A DNA stretch of 59,263 bases, filler included. It is 7 parts of 7 records of this genome, joined end to end, with 100 filler letters (N's around TTAATTAATTAA, not from the genome) between each part and the next. Parts side by side here need not be neighbours in the genome. Positions count along the whole stretch, not along the records: positions 26,901 to 32,262 come from SRR31156797_30633; positions 32,363 to 37,771 come from SRR31156797_30641; positions 37,872 to 44,208 come from SRR31156797_30658; 4 more parts are not named here. One strand, written 5' to 3'. Each line of letters begins with the position of its first letter. The stretch's first letter is position 1. Of this stretch, positions 31,484 to 42,262 are shown piece by piece. The position numbers and the translations under genes are program-made. The notes under the pieces were generated by a model. It was not told the DNA's origin, made no database searches, and saw only the letters and a program-made list of their open reading frames with translations.

Positions 31484-32215
31484 ATGCCAAAATCCTATCA
31501 GAAACGCACCTACAGACATAGCGTTCATGCCAAAGACCTAAAATCCTTCCAAGTGGTTGTGGGCGAAACCGACCTGTGGGTTAGTGCGGAATCAGACCTT
31601 ACAAAACAAGTCCGAGATCTGGTTTTAATGTTTCGTTATCAACTGGAAAGACATATTAAACACCATCCTGAATTTTTGACCTCACTCCAGCCGCTGGATG
31701 ACGACCCCTATGCAGCGCCCATTGTCAGGGACATGATCCGGTCCACCCAAAAAGCAAGTGTAGGCCCAATGGCCGCGGTGGCCGGGGCAATGGCGCAATG
31801 GGTGGGAGAATCACTGCTTGAACTGAGCAACCAGGTGATTATTGAAAATGGCGGGGATATTTATCTGACGGCCAAACGTCCCGTCACCGTCTCGATTTTT
31901 GCCGGAGGTTCCCCTTTGAGCGGAAAATTCGGACTGCGCATTCCGGAACGGCAAATGCCCCTCGGCATATGTTCGTCTTCGGCAACCGTGGGTCACTCCC
32001 TGAGCCGTGGAAGCACGGACGTGGTTTGTCTTCTTTCCAAATCAAGCGCCTTGGCCGATGCCGGCGCCACAGCCCTGGGAAACCGGGTCATGGGCAGTGC
32101 CGATCTGGAACATGCGGCCCGTTGGGCGGACCGGATCGGCGGTATTTTGGGCGGGACCGTGATTGTAAAAGATACCATGGCCACATGGGGCGATGTGGAA
32201 CTGGTGGAGATTTGA
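31484..32215 (+). CDS. UPF0280 family (ApbE-like) protein
   Basis: ETDL, VGPMAAVAGA, ENGGDI, GHSLS and ADAGATALGN motifs. Confidence 0.9.
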   Translation: MPKSYQKRTYRHSVHAKDLKSFQVVVGETDLWVSAESDLTKQVRDLVLMFRYQLERHIKHHPEFLTSLQPLDDDPYAAPIVRDMIRSTQKASVGPMAAVAGAMAQWVGESLLELSNQVIIENGGDIYLTAKRPVTVSIFAGGSPLSGKFGLRIPERQMPLGICSSSATVGHSLSRGSTDVVCLLSKSSALADAGATALGNRVMGSADLEHAARWADRIGGILGGTVIVKDTMATWGDVELVEI

Positions 32216-32232
32216 TTGCTCCTACCCTTAAC

Positions 32233-32262
32233 CCATGAGCCATGAGCCATGAGCCATGAGCC
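32233..32262. repeat. Heptamer tandem repeat (CCATGAG)x4+, runs into the contig end
   Basis: Four perfect copies plus CC directly visible. Confidence 0.9.
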
Positions 32263-32362
32263 NNNNNNNNNNNNNNNNNNNNNNNNNNNNNNNNNNNNNN
32301 NNNNNNTTAATTAATTAANNNNNNNNNNNNNNNNNNNNNNNNNNNNNNNNNNNNNNNNNNNN
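32263..32362. other. Artificial contig spacer
   Basis: N run with a central TTAATTAATTAA. Confidence 0.99.
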
Positions 32363-32363
32363 A

Positions 32364-32780
32364 GACCAGAAGAATATCTGTATAACAGTAAATGATAATT
32401 CTGAAACAAGAACATGTGAGGTGGGAAGAAACCAGATCTCTCAGGTTCTTTATAATATCATCGGAAATGCCATAAAGTTTACTCCGGTTGATGGGTCTAT
32501 CAGTGTATATGTTACAGATGATAATGATGCTTTCATAATATCAGTAATTGATACTGGTATTGGAATTCCTTCAGAACGCATAAATGATATATTCCTGCCT
32601 TTCAAACAACTTGAGTCTAATGCAAGCAGACGTTTTGGTGGTACTGGACTGGGTCTTGCGCTTGTAAAAGAATTCATTGAGATGCATGGGGGTAATATCA
32701 CGGTTGAAAGTGAGCCGGAAAAGGGAAGCACTTTCACTTTTACAATTCCTAAAGGTATTAATGGGAATAATGCCGAATAA
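32364..32780 (+). CDS. Histidine kinase HATPase domain, 5'-truncated
   Basis: N box NIIGNAIKFT, G1 DTGIGI, G2 GTGLGL; frame open to the contig edge. Confidence 0.93.
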   Translation, partial: DQKNICITVNDNSETRTCEVGRNQISQVLYNIIGNAIKFTPVDGSISVYVTDDNDAFIISVIDTGIGIPSERINDIFLPFKQLESNASRRFGGTGLGLALVKEFIEMHGGNITVESEPEKGSTFTFTIPKGINGNNAE

Positions 32781-32881
32781 GTAATGAACTCCATAAAATG
32801 GGAAAACATATAGGGTTTTTAGTTTTGGATCAACACCCAAAAGCCTATAAGCTTAAGATTAAATGTATGAGTGGTGAAGAT

Positions 32882-33118
32882 ATGCAGGAATTCACAATGG
32901 ATGAAGTTGCGAAGTACAATGGCAGAGATGAAGAAAAGGTATATGTTGTCTATGCCGGAAATGTTTATGATGTGACAGATAGCGAGTTCTGGGATGGTGG
33001 AGAGCACATGGGATTACATGAGGCAGGTACTGACCTTACTGAGTCCCTTGATATGGAAGCACCGCATGAGGTGGATGCTCTGGAAAACTATCCTGTGGTA
33101 GGCACGATTAAAAAATAG
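32882..33118 (+). CDS. Cytochrome b5-like heme/steroid-binding domain protein
   Basis: FTMDEVAKYNG, GNVYDVT, HEAGTDLT and APH motifs; start uncertain. Confidence 0.85.
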   Translation: MQEFTMDEVAKYNGRDEEKVYVVYAGNVYDVTDSEFWDGGEHMGLHEAGTDLTESLDMEAPHEVDALENYPVVGTIKK

Positions 33119-33148
33119 ATAAAAAACATCTTTTTTATTTTCGGTGCA

Positions 33149-36082
33149 TTACTGATGCAGCGGAATTTCGAATATAAATGATGAACCTTTTTCAGGTTCA
33201 CTTTCAACGTGTATTTTTCCTCTGTGCATCTCAACATACTTTTTAACAATAGTAAGTCCAAGACCGGACCCCTCATAATTCCTGTTAAGTGCTGAGTCCA
33301 CCTGTCTGAAAGGCTGGAACAGATTTATAAGTTCATCAGGATGGATACCTATTCCTGAATCCTTTACTTCTATCTCTACATTGTTTAATGTTTTTCTTAC
33401 TATTATACGGATGCTTCCGTTGTCCATTGTGAACTTGATTGCATTGCCTGCCAGATTGTAGAGTATCTGTTTTATCTTTAGGCGATCAGCTTCTATTATA
33501 TTGATACCGTCATCAACAGTATATTCAAATGATATGTCCTTCCTTGATGCAAGGGGCAGAAGTGTTCTTTTTACTTCATCCAGTAGATCTTGAATGCTGA
33601 ATTCTTCGATATCAAGTACCATCTTTCCAGCTTCTATCTTTGACAGGTCAAGAATATCATTTATAACTTCTAACAGATGTTTGCCACTGTTGGAGATATT
33701 TGAGAGATATTTTTGTTGTTTATCGCTGGAAGTGTTAATTCCATTGTGCAGTAACATATCTGAAAAACCAATTATGGAATTCAGAGGTGTACGGAGTTCA
33801 TGGCTCATGTTGGTCAAAAACTCGCTCTTTGCCCTGTCAGAGGCTTCGGCAGCAAGTTTTGCATCGATGAGTGCTTCTTCCACCTTTTTCCTGTCGGATA
33901 TGTCATAGAAGCTTTCTATAAGGTATTCCTTACCTTTCAATTCCACGGTCACTACAGTTTTTACGACAGGTATCTCTTTTCCATCCTTGTTCAGGAGCAT
34001 TCTTTCAGAATGGTCAACTGTCTGATGCAGGTCTATGATAGGACAGTGTTCTTCTTCTGCAAGACAGACGAATCTATGGCAGGTGTTCCCTACTATTTTT
34101 TCTTTAGGAAGTCCTATCATTTCTGCTGCTACGGGATTAATATCTACAATAGTCTTGCTCTTACTGTCAATGAGCATTATTCCGGTATTGATATTGTTGA
34201 TAATGGTAAGTAGTCTTTCCAGAAGCTCATGCTCCATTTCATCGAGTCTTTTTCTTTCGCTCACATCACGAATGATTGATACTGCATTCCATGTTCCATC
34301 TGATAATTGCATAGAGGACAGGGAAAGTTCTAGCGGGAACTCATTTCCGTCCTTTCTTTTTCCTTCAAGTTCAATGGTTTTACCCAGAACAGGGCCTGTA
34401 CCTGTCTCTGTGAATTTCAGGAAGCCTATCTTATATGCCTTAAGATACCTCTCAGGTGAAATATAATCATGTAGCATCTCTCCTCTGACTTCATCTTCGG
34501 TATATCCGAACATGCCTGTTGCAGCGTTGTTCCAGAAAGTGGTCCTGCCTTCATTGTTGACCATTATTATAGCATCGTTGGCATATGTAGCGATTTTTGA
34601 GAATTTCTCCTCACTGAGCTTTAATTTCTCTTCTGTATTCTTTCTTTTATCGATCTCATTTCTGAGTTTATTTTCATTAGAAAGGATATCAGTAATATCA
34701 TTGTGGACAAAAAGTCTTCCATGTATCTCGTTATTAACTATCAGTGGTAACGAAATAGTTTCTATGGTCCTTCCATCTTTCAATTCTGCAATTGATCTTT
34801 TTGTATCAAATGAATATTTTCTTTCATCAGTCCTGTTCACTATCTCTTCCGGATCCCTGGCTTTTTGAATTATATAATTTAATAATTTCTGAGCATCATT
34901 TCCAAAATCCATTTCAGGTGGTATTTCAAACATTTTCCTGTATGCAGGATTCATAAAAATTATCTTTTTTTCTTTAGTGACTGCTACAAGCCCATAGTTA
35001 ATTGATTCGATAGTTGATTGGAATATGGCACTTGTTCTTTGTAATGAATCCAGCATTGAATTAATGTTTTCTGCAAGGTCTGATAGTTCATCTTCTCCTC
35101 TAATGTTAATTCGGGACTTGATATCTGCCGTCATATCAATAGACTGGATTCCATCACGTAGTAATGTGATTCTTGAAAGAAGGTCTTTTTTCAGTATGAA
35201 CAATAATAAAAGGGCAAAAATTGTTAATATGAAGAGTGTCAGGTAAAAGGTTGTGGATATTGTTGTAAGACCTTCTTTGTAGATTGTTCTTGACATCTCT
35301 GTCTTTACAATGAGCGAAGTCTCTCCATAAATGTCTTCAATTACAAAGTAAGCTGAGATGATATCTCCATTATCATTTATTTGAGTTGCATATTTTTCAT
35401 TTAGTACCTGTTCTTTTATTGATCCAAAATCCGAGGGCAGTTTGGGATCATCGATGTAACGGATATCGATTGGAAGTAATGTCTGTTCCTCCATTGGTTC
35501 TACGAATGATTCTTCAAGGAATCTTCCCATAATAATAGTGCCTGCAATAGGCCCTTCATAGTTACTTTGTACTATTGGTCTTGATACAACTATGACCGGG
35601 AGGTCAGAGAGCATAATAATTCCTGAAGGTGAGGATGAAACAGAAGTATGTCCTAAGATTATACTATTTCCACTTAGTTCTTCAAGAAGAGCAACTGGAA
35701 TCGGTATCTCCTCCTCTTTTGTAAGGTCACATGCCCTGCCATATACAAGTTTTCCGTCCATGTCATAGAACAGCATGAAATTCACATCAAGTGTAAGCAG
35801 AGTTTCAATAGAATCCAGATTTGAAGCTATATATTCAGAGTTTCCATTCTGGACAAATTCATATGTATCATCCCATGCAGACCAGTCATAAGTGTTCTTA
35901 TCAATGTGACGTATTTCGTTGCTGAATGCACGCTGTACTCTGAGGCTATTATCTTCCAGAACTTCATTCTCTATCTGCTGGGCGTGGGTCATGAAGACAT
36001 AATGTGTGACTGAAGCTGTGAGCATGAATAGAAAAATGAACATTATTCCCAGTGTAAGGACCGTTTTGTTGTATATTCTCAT
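33149..36082 (-). CDS. CHASE4-HAMP-multi-PAS sensor histidine kinase
   Basis: DWSAWDDTYEF (CHASE4), HAMP DELSDLA, three PAS-like repeats, MSHELRTPLN and HATPase boxes. Confidence 0.93.
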   Translation of the reverse strand: MRIYNKTVLTLGIMFIFLFMLTASVTHYVFMTHAQQIENEVLEDNSLRVQRAFSNEIRHIDKNTYDWSAWDDTYEFVQNGNSEYIASNLDSIETLLTLDVNFMLFYDMDGKLVYGRACDLTKEEEIPIPVALLEELSGNSIILGHTSVSSSPSGIIMLSDLPVIVVSRPIVQSNYEGPIAGTIIMGRFLEESFVEPMEEQTLLPIDIRYIDDPKLPSDFGSIKEQVLNEKYATQINDNGDIISAYFVIEDIYGETSLIVKTEMSRTIYKEGLTTISTTFYLTLFILTIFALLLLFILKKDLLSRITLLRDGIQSIDMTADIKSRINIRGEDELSDLAENINSMLDSLQRTSAIFQSTIESINYGLVAVTKEKKIIFMNPAYRKMFEIPPEMDFGNDAQKLLNYIIQKARDPEEIVNRTDERKYSFDTKRSIAELKDGRTIETISLPLIVNNEIHGRLFVHNDITDILSNENKLRNEIDKRKNTEEKLKLSEEKFSKIATYANDAIIMVNNEGRTTFWNNAATGMFGYTEDEVRGEMLHDYISPERYLKAYKIGFLKFTETGTGPVLGKTIELEGKRKDGNEFPLELSLSSMQLSDGTWNAVSIIRDVSERKRLDEMEHELLERLLTIINNINTGIMLIDSKSKTIVDINPVAAEMIGLPKEKIVGNTCHRFVCLAEEEHCPIIDLHQTVDHSERMLLNKDGKEIPVVKTVVTVELKGKEYLIESFYDISDRKKVEEALIDAKLAAEASDRAKSEFLTNMSHELRTPLNSIIGFSDMLLHNGINTSSDKQQKYLSNISNSGKHLLEVINDILDLSKIEAGKMVLDIEEFSIQDLLDEVKRTLLPLASRKDISFEYTVDDGINIIEADRLKIKQILYNLAGNAIKFTMDNGSIRIIVRKTLNNVEIEVKDSGIGIHPDELINLFQPFRQVDSALNRNYEGSGLGLTIVKKYVEMHRGKIHVESEPEKGSSFIFEIPLHQ

Positions 36083-36313
36083 GCAGTCTCCATAATATAT
36101 AATAGCAAGCCACTTCAGGGCCAACAGAACATTTTTTCATAGTTCGTTGACCAATAATATAATATTAGTTTAATATCTATATATGTTTTCATATAAAAAT
36201 TGTGCAGATTCTACTCAAAAAACCTGATCAAATGTGTTGTTTTTGAAATCTGCAATATGGAGCTATATTTATAAGAGATGCCTGTTTATAGGGTGCGACA
36301 CACAGGTGATTTT

Positions 36314-36739
36314 TTGATTAAAGTACTGGCAACGGGAACATTTGACCTACTTCATCCGGGACACATACTCTATCTTAGCGAAGCCAGGAAGATGGGCGAT
36401 GAACTATATGTGATAGTTGCCAGGAAGTCCATGATAAAGCATAAACCAAAACCAATAATTCCTGATGAACAAAGACTTGATATGGTAAGTTCTTTAGAAG
36501 TGGTGGATAAAGCACTTCTTGGAAGTGAATCTGATATCTTTGAGCCAATTATGGAGATAAGGCCTGACATCATTGCGCTTGGTTATGATCAGGGGTTCGA
36601 TATTGACAGACTCCAGGAAGACCTGCATGACAGAGGGTTTGATTGTAAGGTCATAAGGGTTGGTCAATCACTTACATGTCCTCTCTGTAGTAGCGGAAAA
36701 ATCATAAAAAAGGTGCTTGAACGCTATAATCACGAGTAG
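36314..36739 (+). CDS. ribL: Archaeal FAD synthase (cytidylyltransferase family)
   Basis: ATGTFDLLHPGH, RPDIIALGYDQ and C-terminal CPLCSS motifs; TTG start after AGGTGA. Confidence 0.85.
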   Translation: MIKVLATGTFDLLHPGHILYLSEARKMGDELYVIVARKSMIKHKPKPIIPDEQRLDMVSSLEVVDKALLGSESDIFEPIMEIRPDIIALGYDQGFDIDRLQEDLHDRGFDCKVIRVGQSLTCPLCSSGKIIKKVLERYNHE

Positions 36740-36807
36740 TTAAAAATGCTTTTTCGATCAGATACGATCAATAAAAGATAGTAGTAAAGATAATTGAAAA
36801 AGGAATA

Positions 36808-37770
36808 TCAGACAAGTGCTGTCCTTATCCTTTCCAATCCTTCCTGTATCCTTTCAATTGATGTGGCGTAGGATATCCTGATGAAGTTTTCACCACTTTC
36901 TCCGAAAGCCGACCCAGGGGTAACTGCAACATGTGCATCCTTGAGAAGTTTCTCTGATACCATATTGCCATTCCCATATTCGCTGACATCTGCAAATGCA
37001 TAGAAAGCTCCGCCGGGTTTCTGGCACTTTATATCCATATCATTGAGACCATCAACCAGTAGATCACGTCTCATCCTGAATCTGTCAACCATTTCTGTGA
37101 CTGGTTCCTGCGGACCTTCAATTGCTGCAATACCACCATACTGGACAAAACTTGTTGCGCTGCTTACTGAGTGGGATTGTATCTTTAACATACCCTTGAT
37201 AATGTCAGGTCTTGCATGGACGTATCCAAGCCTCCAGCCTGTCATTGCGTATGCTTTGGAAAAACCGTTAACAGTTATGGTCCTGTCCTGCATGCCGTCA
37301 AAAGAACCTATACTGACATGCTCCTGATCATAGATTATCTTCTCGTATATCTCGTCAGAGAGTACGAGGATATCATTATCAATGGCTATATCAGCTATAT
37401 TCTTAAGTGTCTGCTTGTCATAAACAGCACCGGTAGGATTTCCGGGACTGTTGACTACAATGAGTTTAGTCTTTGCAGTGATATATTCCTCAATATCCTG
37501 CGGGCTGAAGCCGTCTTCCGGATCAGTAGGGACCCATGTTGTATTGGCACCTGCAAATTTGATGGCGGGGTCATATGATACCCATGCAGGGTTAAAAAGC
37601 ACTGCTTCATCATTATCGTCAAGTACTGACATCATTATCTCAAAAATTGCCTGTTTTGCACCAGGTGTTACGAGTATGTCTGAAGCCTTTGCCTCAAGTT
37701 TGTTCTCTGTACAGAGCTTTTCAGCAATAGTACTTTTGAGTTCGGGGATTCCTGCACCAGGTGCGTAGTG
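36808..37770 (-). CDS. PLP-dependent class I (aspartate) aminotransferase, 5'-truncated
   Basis: NSPGNPTG, SDEIY and NGFSKAYAMTGWRLG motifs; frame open to the contig edge (HYAPGAGIPELK...). Confidence 0.95.
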   Translation of the reverse strand, partial: HYAPGAGIPELKSTIAEKLCTENKLEAKASDILVTPGAKQAIFEIMMSVLDDNDEAVLFNPAWVSYDPAIKFAGANTTWVPTDPEDGFSPQDIEEYITAKTKLIVVNSPGNPTGAVYDKQTLKNIADIAIDNDILVLSDEIYEKIIYDQEHVSIGSFDGMQDRTITVNGFSKAYAMTGWRLGYVHARPDIIKGMLKIQSHSVSSATSFVQYGGIAAIEGPQEPVTEMVDRFRMRRDLLVDGLNDMDIKCQKPGGAFYAFADVSEYGNGNMVSEKLLKDAHVAVTPGSAFGESGENFIRISYATSIERIQEGLERIRTALV

Positions 37771-37771
37771 T

Positions 37772-37871
37772 NNNNNNNNNNNNNNNNNNNNNNNNNNNNN
37801 NNNNNNNNNNNNNNNTTAATTAATTAANNNNNNNNNNNNNNNNNNNNNNNNNNNNNNNNNNNNNNNNNNNN
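37772..37871. other. Artificial contig spacer
   Basis: N run with a central TTAATTAATTAA. Confidence 0.99.
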
Positions 37872-38114
37872 GATTATTTCCCACAAGGATATTGTTGATA
37901 TGCCTTCATACAGGGTTCCAAACCTTCTGTCACAGCCTGCACATACATTAATTATCACAGATCCATTGTCGATTTGCGGAGCATGGCGACAACATATTTT
38001 GTGCATAGCAGTTCTTTTATAATTCTTATTCAAGAATCGTAGAATTTCACTCTCCATTTCAGGTTTATAAATGCTTAAAGCACAACCAGGATTAAAATAT
38101 GTTTTGATTGTCAT
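37872..38114 (-). CDS. Cysteine-rich (Fe-S)-binding protein, 3'-truncated
   Basis: YFNPGC, ICCRH and VCAGC motifs resembling a CCG-type domain. Confidence 0.7.
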
Positions 38115-38593
38115 TATTTTTGATCTCAATTGATTATTGCTTAGGAACGCAGGCATAATTTCGATCTCTTATCGAGATATAAGTGATGATATTACATCAG
38201 ATAGACAGTGCAAGCGGATTTCGGAGATGGCATTGAATTCCTGAAAAATGATCAGCAATAGAAACCTCGCAGAATACATTATTGCATGATGCAGCAGGCT
38301 GTCATGGTGGTAAAAGATCGTTGAGTGAAGCCATCTAAGATCTATAAACCGGGTATATTTTGCTTACCAGTGTTAGACAGAGACAGGGACAAAGTGACTG
38401 TTGAGCAGACTTAGAGTGTCAAGTTGACGAAAGAAATGTTTCGTGTTTGATCTGACAATATCAATCACTTTCCATCGGTATATTTTGTTTAGTTTTTATT
38501 AAAGGATAACATATACTACTTTGTAGTAAGTTTATGCTTGCTTGAATATGGAAAGACCAGCCAGGCTACACACAATAAACACATGAGGTAGGA

Positions 38594-41107
38594 ATGGGAA
38601 AGATTGCTACTAAACTTCTTGTTTCAATAGGTTTCGTTGGTGCCATTTATTCCTGTTTCCTGCTCTATGAAACATATGCCCTGACTCAAATGAGGGTGAA
38701 TGAAGTTGTAGAACAAGAGGCCAAGATAGCTTTACAGTTCAACCTTTCAATCAGAAATTATGTAGCCTCGAATATCCGTCCAATGATGTATGACCTTGTT
38801 GGTGAAGAAGAATTTATTCCTGAAACGATGTCCACTTCCTATGTCTCTCGTGCAATATTTGAGGAAGTCCGTGAAGCGTTCCCTGAATTTATTATCAAAT
38901 TCTCATCTGATAACCCCCGTAATCCAGTCAATCTGGCGGGACCTGAAGAGCTCGATTTGATCAAGAAGTTTAACCGCACCCCAGACATGCAGGAATGGCA
39001 GGGTAGTATCAATATAGACGGGAAACCATACTTTGCACTATTTAGTGCGCGCAGAATGCGGGGATCTTGCCTTAATTGCCATGGAAAACCTCAAAATGCT
39101 CCAAAAGCAATTCTAGAAAGATACGGCGATGTCGCAGGGTTTCATCGAACATTGGGTGATGTTGTCGGTCTTGACATGATCGCAATACCCTCCAATCGTA
39201 TAAGTCAAATGTTCATGGATGAATTCAAGATCAAAGCAGCCGTTGCCGGGTTGACCCTGGCTCTCTTCTTGTTTTCGATAATGTTAATCATTAGAAATAT
39301 TTTGACTGCCCGATTGACCCACATCGCAAATCATTTGAAAAATGAGGCGAATAAAACCGATCCAAGTTTACTGGAGCCACTCGTTGTTAGAGGGAAAGAT
39401 GAGATTGGTGAGATCGTTTTAGGGTTCAATGTTTTGAGAGACAAACTCAAAAGAATGTATGCCTCCCTGGAGGCTCAAGTATCAGAGAGAACAGTTGAGT
39501 TGGAAGCACGAAATGCAGAACTCAGCAAAGAAATAAATTTCAGAACCAAGACCCAAGAGCTACTCGGACAACGAGAAGCTACTATGAGTGCTGTTTTTCG
39601 TGCTGCACCTACCGGTATCGGAGTTGTTGTTGATCGGATATTTACCCAGGTGAATAAAAAATTGTGTTTGATGGTCGGTTACACCGAGAAGGAACTGTTG
39701 GGGAAGAGCTCCATACTGATCTATCCATCGCTAGAAGAATATGAGAGGGTAGGAAAAGAAAAGTATAAACAGATTGACGAGACCGGAGCTGGAACCATCG
39801 AGACCTTATGGAAAAAGAAGGGCGGAGAAATCATTAATGTTCTTTTGAGTTCTTCTCCCATAGATCAGGATGACTATTCTATAGGCGTAACTTTTACAGC
39901 CCTTGATATCACGGCACAGAAAACTGCTGCAAAGGACAAAAAATATCTGAAAGAACGGTTGGCTCGGTCCCAGAAGATGGAAGCACTAGGGCTTCTTGCC
40001 GGTGGAGTGGCACACGACCTTAATAACGTACTCTCAGGTATAGTCAGTTATCCGGACTTATTACTTCTGAAGACAAATACTGACTCCCCTTTTTATAAGC
40101 CTTTAAAACTCATACAGGAATCAGGGAAAAGGGCCAGTGCGATAGTGGAAGATCTCCTTACTATGGCGCGAAGAGGTGTCGCCCATACTAAAACATTAAA
40201 TTTGAATAGCATTATCAAAAATTATATGAAATCACCTGAATACCAGGTCATTTCCCGACTTAACCCCAATTTGGTTATATCAACTCATCTTGAACCGGAC
40301 CTGCTAAATATTCGAGGTTCAGTAATTCATTTAAAAAAAACCATCATGAATCTAGTGAATAACGCAGCAGAATCAATAGAGGATCATGGTATCATTAAGA
40401 TTTCAACCGACAACCGATATGTTGATAAACCGATCAAAGGGTATGACGAGATTAATGCTGGGGATTTCGTGGTACTTACCGTTGTTGACAGCGGGTCAGG
40501 AATTGAAGGGGAAGACCTTCAGCATATTTTCGAACCGTTCTATACTAAGAAAGTAATGGGACGCAGTGGCACTGGTTTGGGCATGTCAGTTGTTTGGGGA
40601 ACCGTTCAAGATCATTCCGGATATATAAACATTGATAGCGAGATAGGAAAAGGAACTACGTTTAAACTCTTTTTTCCCGTAACACGAAAGCCTCTCAGGG
40701 TACAATGCAAGGAAATCGAATTTGAGGAATACCTCGGAACCGGCGAAACGATTTTGCTTGTTGATGATGATAAGAATCAGCGGTTAATTGTCGGGGATAT
40801 GCTTACCACTCTTGGTTATAATGTGGAGGCGGTACCTAGTGGTGAAGAGGCGCTTGAACATCTACAGAAAAAGACCTTTGACCTCGTATTGTTGGACATG
40901 ATCATGGATCACGGGATTGATGGCCTGGAAACGTATATGCGCATCCGCCAGATTATCCCAACTCAAAAAACTATTATAGCCAGTGGATTTTCTGAAACGA
41001 AAAGGGTCAAAAAAGCACAAGAACTAGGAGCTGGTCAATACGTGAAGAAACCATACACGCTTGAACGTATTGGTTTGGCTGTTAAACAAGAACTCTCCGA
41101 TGTATAA
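38594..41107 (+). CDS. Hybrid sensor kinase: periplasmic c-type heme (DUF3365/Tll0287-like), HAMP, PAS, HisKA, HATPase, REC
   Basis: NPRNPVN and CLNCHG between two TMs; AGGVAHDLNN, FEPFYTKK, GTGLG and LVLLDMIM receiver motifs. Confidence 0.92.
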   Translation: MGKIATKLLVSIGFVGAIYSCFLLYETYALTQMRVNEVVEQEAKIALQFNLSIRNYVASNIRPMMYDLVGEEEFIPETMSTSYVSRAIFEEVREAFPEFIIKFSSDNPRNPVNLAGPEELDLIKKFNRTPDMQEWQGSINIDGKPYFALFSARRMRGSCLNCHGKPQNAPKAILERYGDVAGFHRTLGDVVGLDMIAIPSNRISQMFMDEFKIKAAVAGLTLALFLFSIMLIIRNILTARLTHIANHLKNEANKTDPSLLEPLVVRGKDEIGEIVLGFNVLRDKLKRMYASLEAQVSERTVELEARNAELSKEINFRTKTQELLGQREATMSAVFRAAPTGIGVVVDRIFTQVNKKLCLMVGYTEKELLGKSSILIYPSLEEYERVGKEKYKQIDETGAGTIETLWKKKGGEIINVLLSSSPIDQDDYSIGVTFTALDITAQKTAAKDKKYLKERLARSQKMEALGLLAGGVAHDLNNVLSGIVSYPDLLLLKTNTDSPFYKPLKLIQESGKRASAIVEDLLTMARRGVAHTKTLNLNSIIKNYMKSPEYQVISRLNPNLVISTHLEPDLLNIRGSVIHLKKTIMNLVNNAAESIEDHGIIKISTDNRYVDKPIKGYDEINAGDFVVLTVVDSGSGIEGEDLQHIFEPFYTKKVMGRSGTGLGMSVVWGTVQDHSGYINIDSEIGKGTTFKLFFPVTRKPLRVQCKEIEFEEYLGTGETILLVDDDKNQRLIVGDMLTTLGYNVEAVPSGEEALEHLQKKTFDLVLLDMIMDHGIDGLETYMRIRQIIPTQKTIIASGFSETKRVKKAQELGAGQYVKKPYTLERIGLAVKQELSDV

Positions 41108-41141
41108 TTTCTGAATTATAATATTTATGTGTGCTGTTAAT

Positions 41142-41870
41142 TCAATTTCTTAGGCACTCCTGTTGGCCTTGCTTCAATACTTGCTCCGTAATTTCTTTTA
41201 GTCGGCCACTTGTATGCATTTCAGATAAAGCCTTGGACAATTTAGGTGCAATATCCGTATGTTCAGAACTAAGATATGTATATAATGCTACTTTTTCCAA
41301 AGGTGGTTCAAGCATCCTTATAGCTGGATAATCTGTAATAAACTGGCAACCGATCAGGCGAGGGAGAATGACAATATCAAATCTATCTCTCTCCAGCATC
41401 TTGAAAGCTTGAACTGGACTGTGAGCCCCGTATGTCTGCATACCTTTAACTCCAGCTTCCACCACGTCCATTCCGTGCATGAAGCCAATTGAATAAGATC
41501 GTATGCTGTTCCAACCATTGACTGTAAAATCAGATGACTTGCTAAAAACCATAATCTCGTCGTAACCTAGGGTAGGCTCAACTTTTATAGCTGAAGGATA
41601 ATAATTCAAAAAAACATCTGAAGCAAATAGATAGCAATCTGCTTTTAACTTCTCAAACATCGAAACAGCACGCAACGGAGGCACATCTTTGAAGTTTGCC
41701 TGGTACCCAATTTTCTTTAAAGCCTCTGAAAGTACTCTGGTTGCAATAGAATACATCGGGTGTCCAGGCCCTGGAGAAACTATCGTCAATGTTGTTGCTT
41801 GTAGATAACCTATATTTGCGAATAAAATAGATCCGAAAAGCGATACTGTCAGAAACGTTTGTCTAATCAT
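41142..41870 (-). CDS. Periplasmic solute-binding protein (family 3-like)
   Basis: Signal peptide; PPLRA, AFKMLERDRFD and ALSEMHTSG motifs. Confidence 0.75.
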   Translation of the reverse strand: MIRQTFLTVSLFGSILFANIGYLQATTLTIVSPGPGHPMYSIATRVLSEALKKIGYQANFKDVPPLRAVSMFEKLKADCYLFASDVFLNYYPSAIKVEPTLGYDEIMVFSKSSDFTVNGWNSIRSYSIGFMHGMDVVEAGVKGMQTYGAHSPVQAFKMLERDRFDIVILPRLIGCQFITDYPAIRMLEPPLEKVALYTYLSSEHTDIAPKLSKALSEMHTSGRLKEITEQVLKQGQQECLRN

Positions 41871-42262
41871 CCACTCGTGATGCTGTTGCTTGTTACAGAC
41901 GATTTATTAATCTGACATCACGTCCTGAATACTTCTAAAGCACGCAATAAAAAGTCTTCGGGTGGCGTATTGTCAGCGTAGGAAATAGAATTGATACATT
42001 ATAGGTCATCACGACAGATTATGCAAAACGCTCAATCCGAGAAGATCGGTAGTGGATCCTGATTTATTGAGCACTATTGGGAAACGGTTAAGGTTGGTCT
42101 GGCAATAGATGATTATTCTCTGTGTAGCGTGTTAAAGGTGTTTTCTGGGTCTACTAAGTCACCAAGATGCAGAGTACATTTTCACATAAAGGTCAGCAAA
42201 CTGCCAGGTCATTATAGGTATTTCCTGGCAGTATTAATCAGTTGTTGAACTAAAATATTAGT

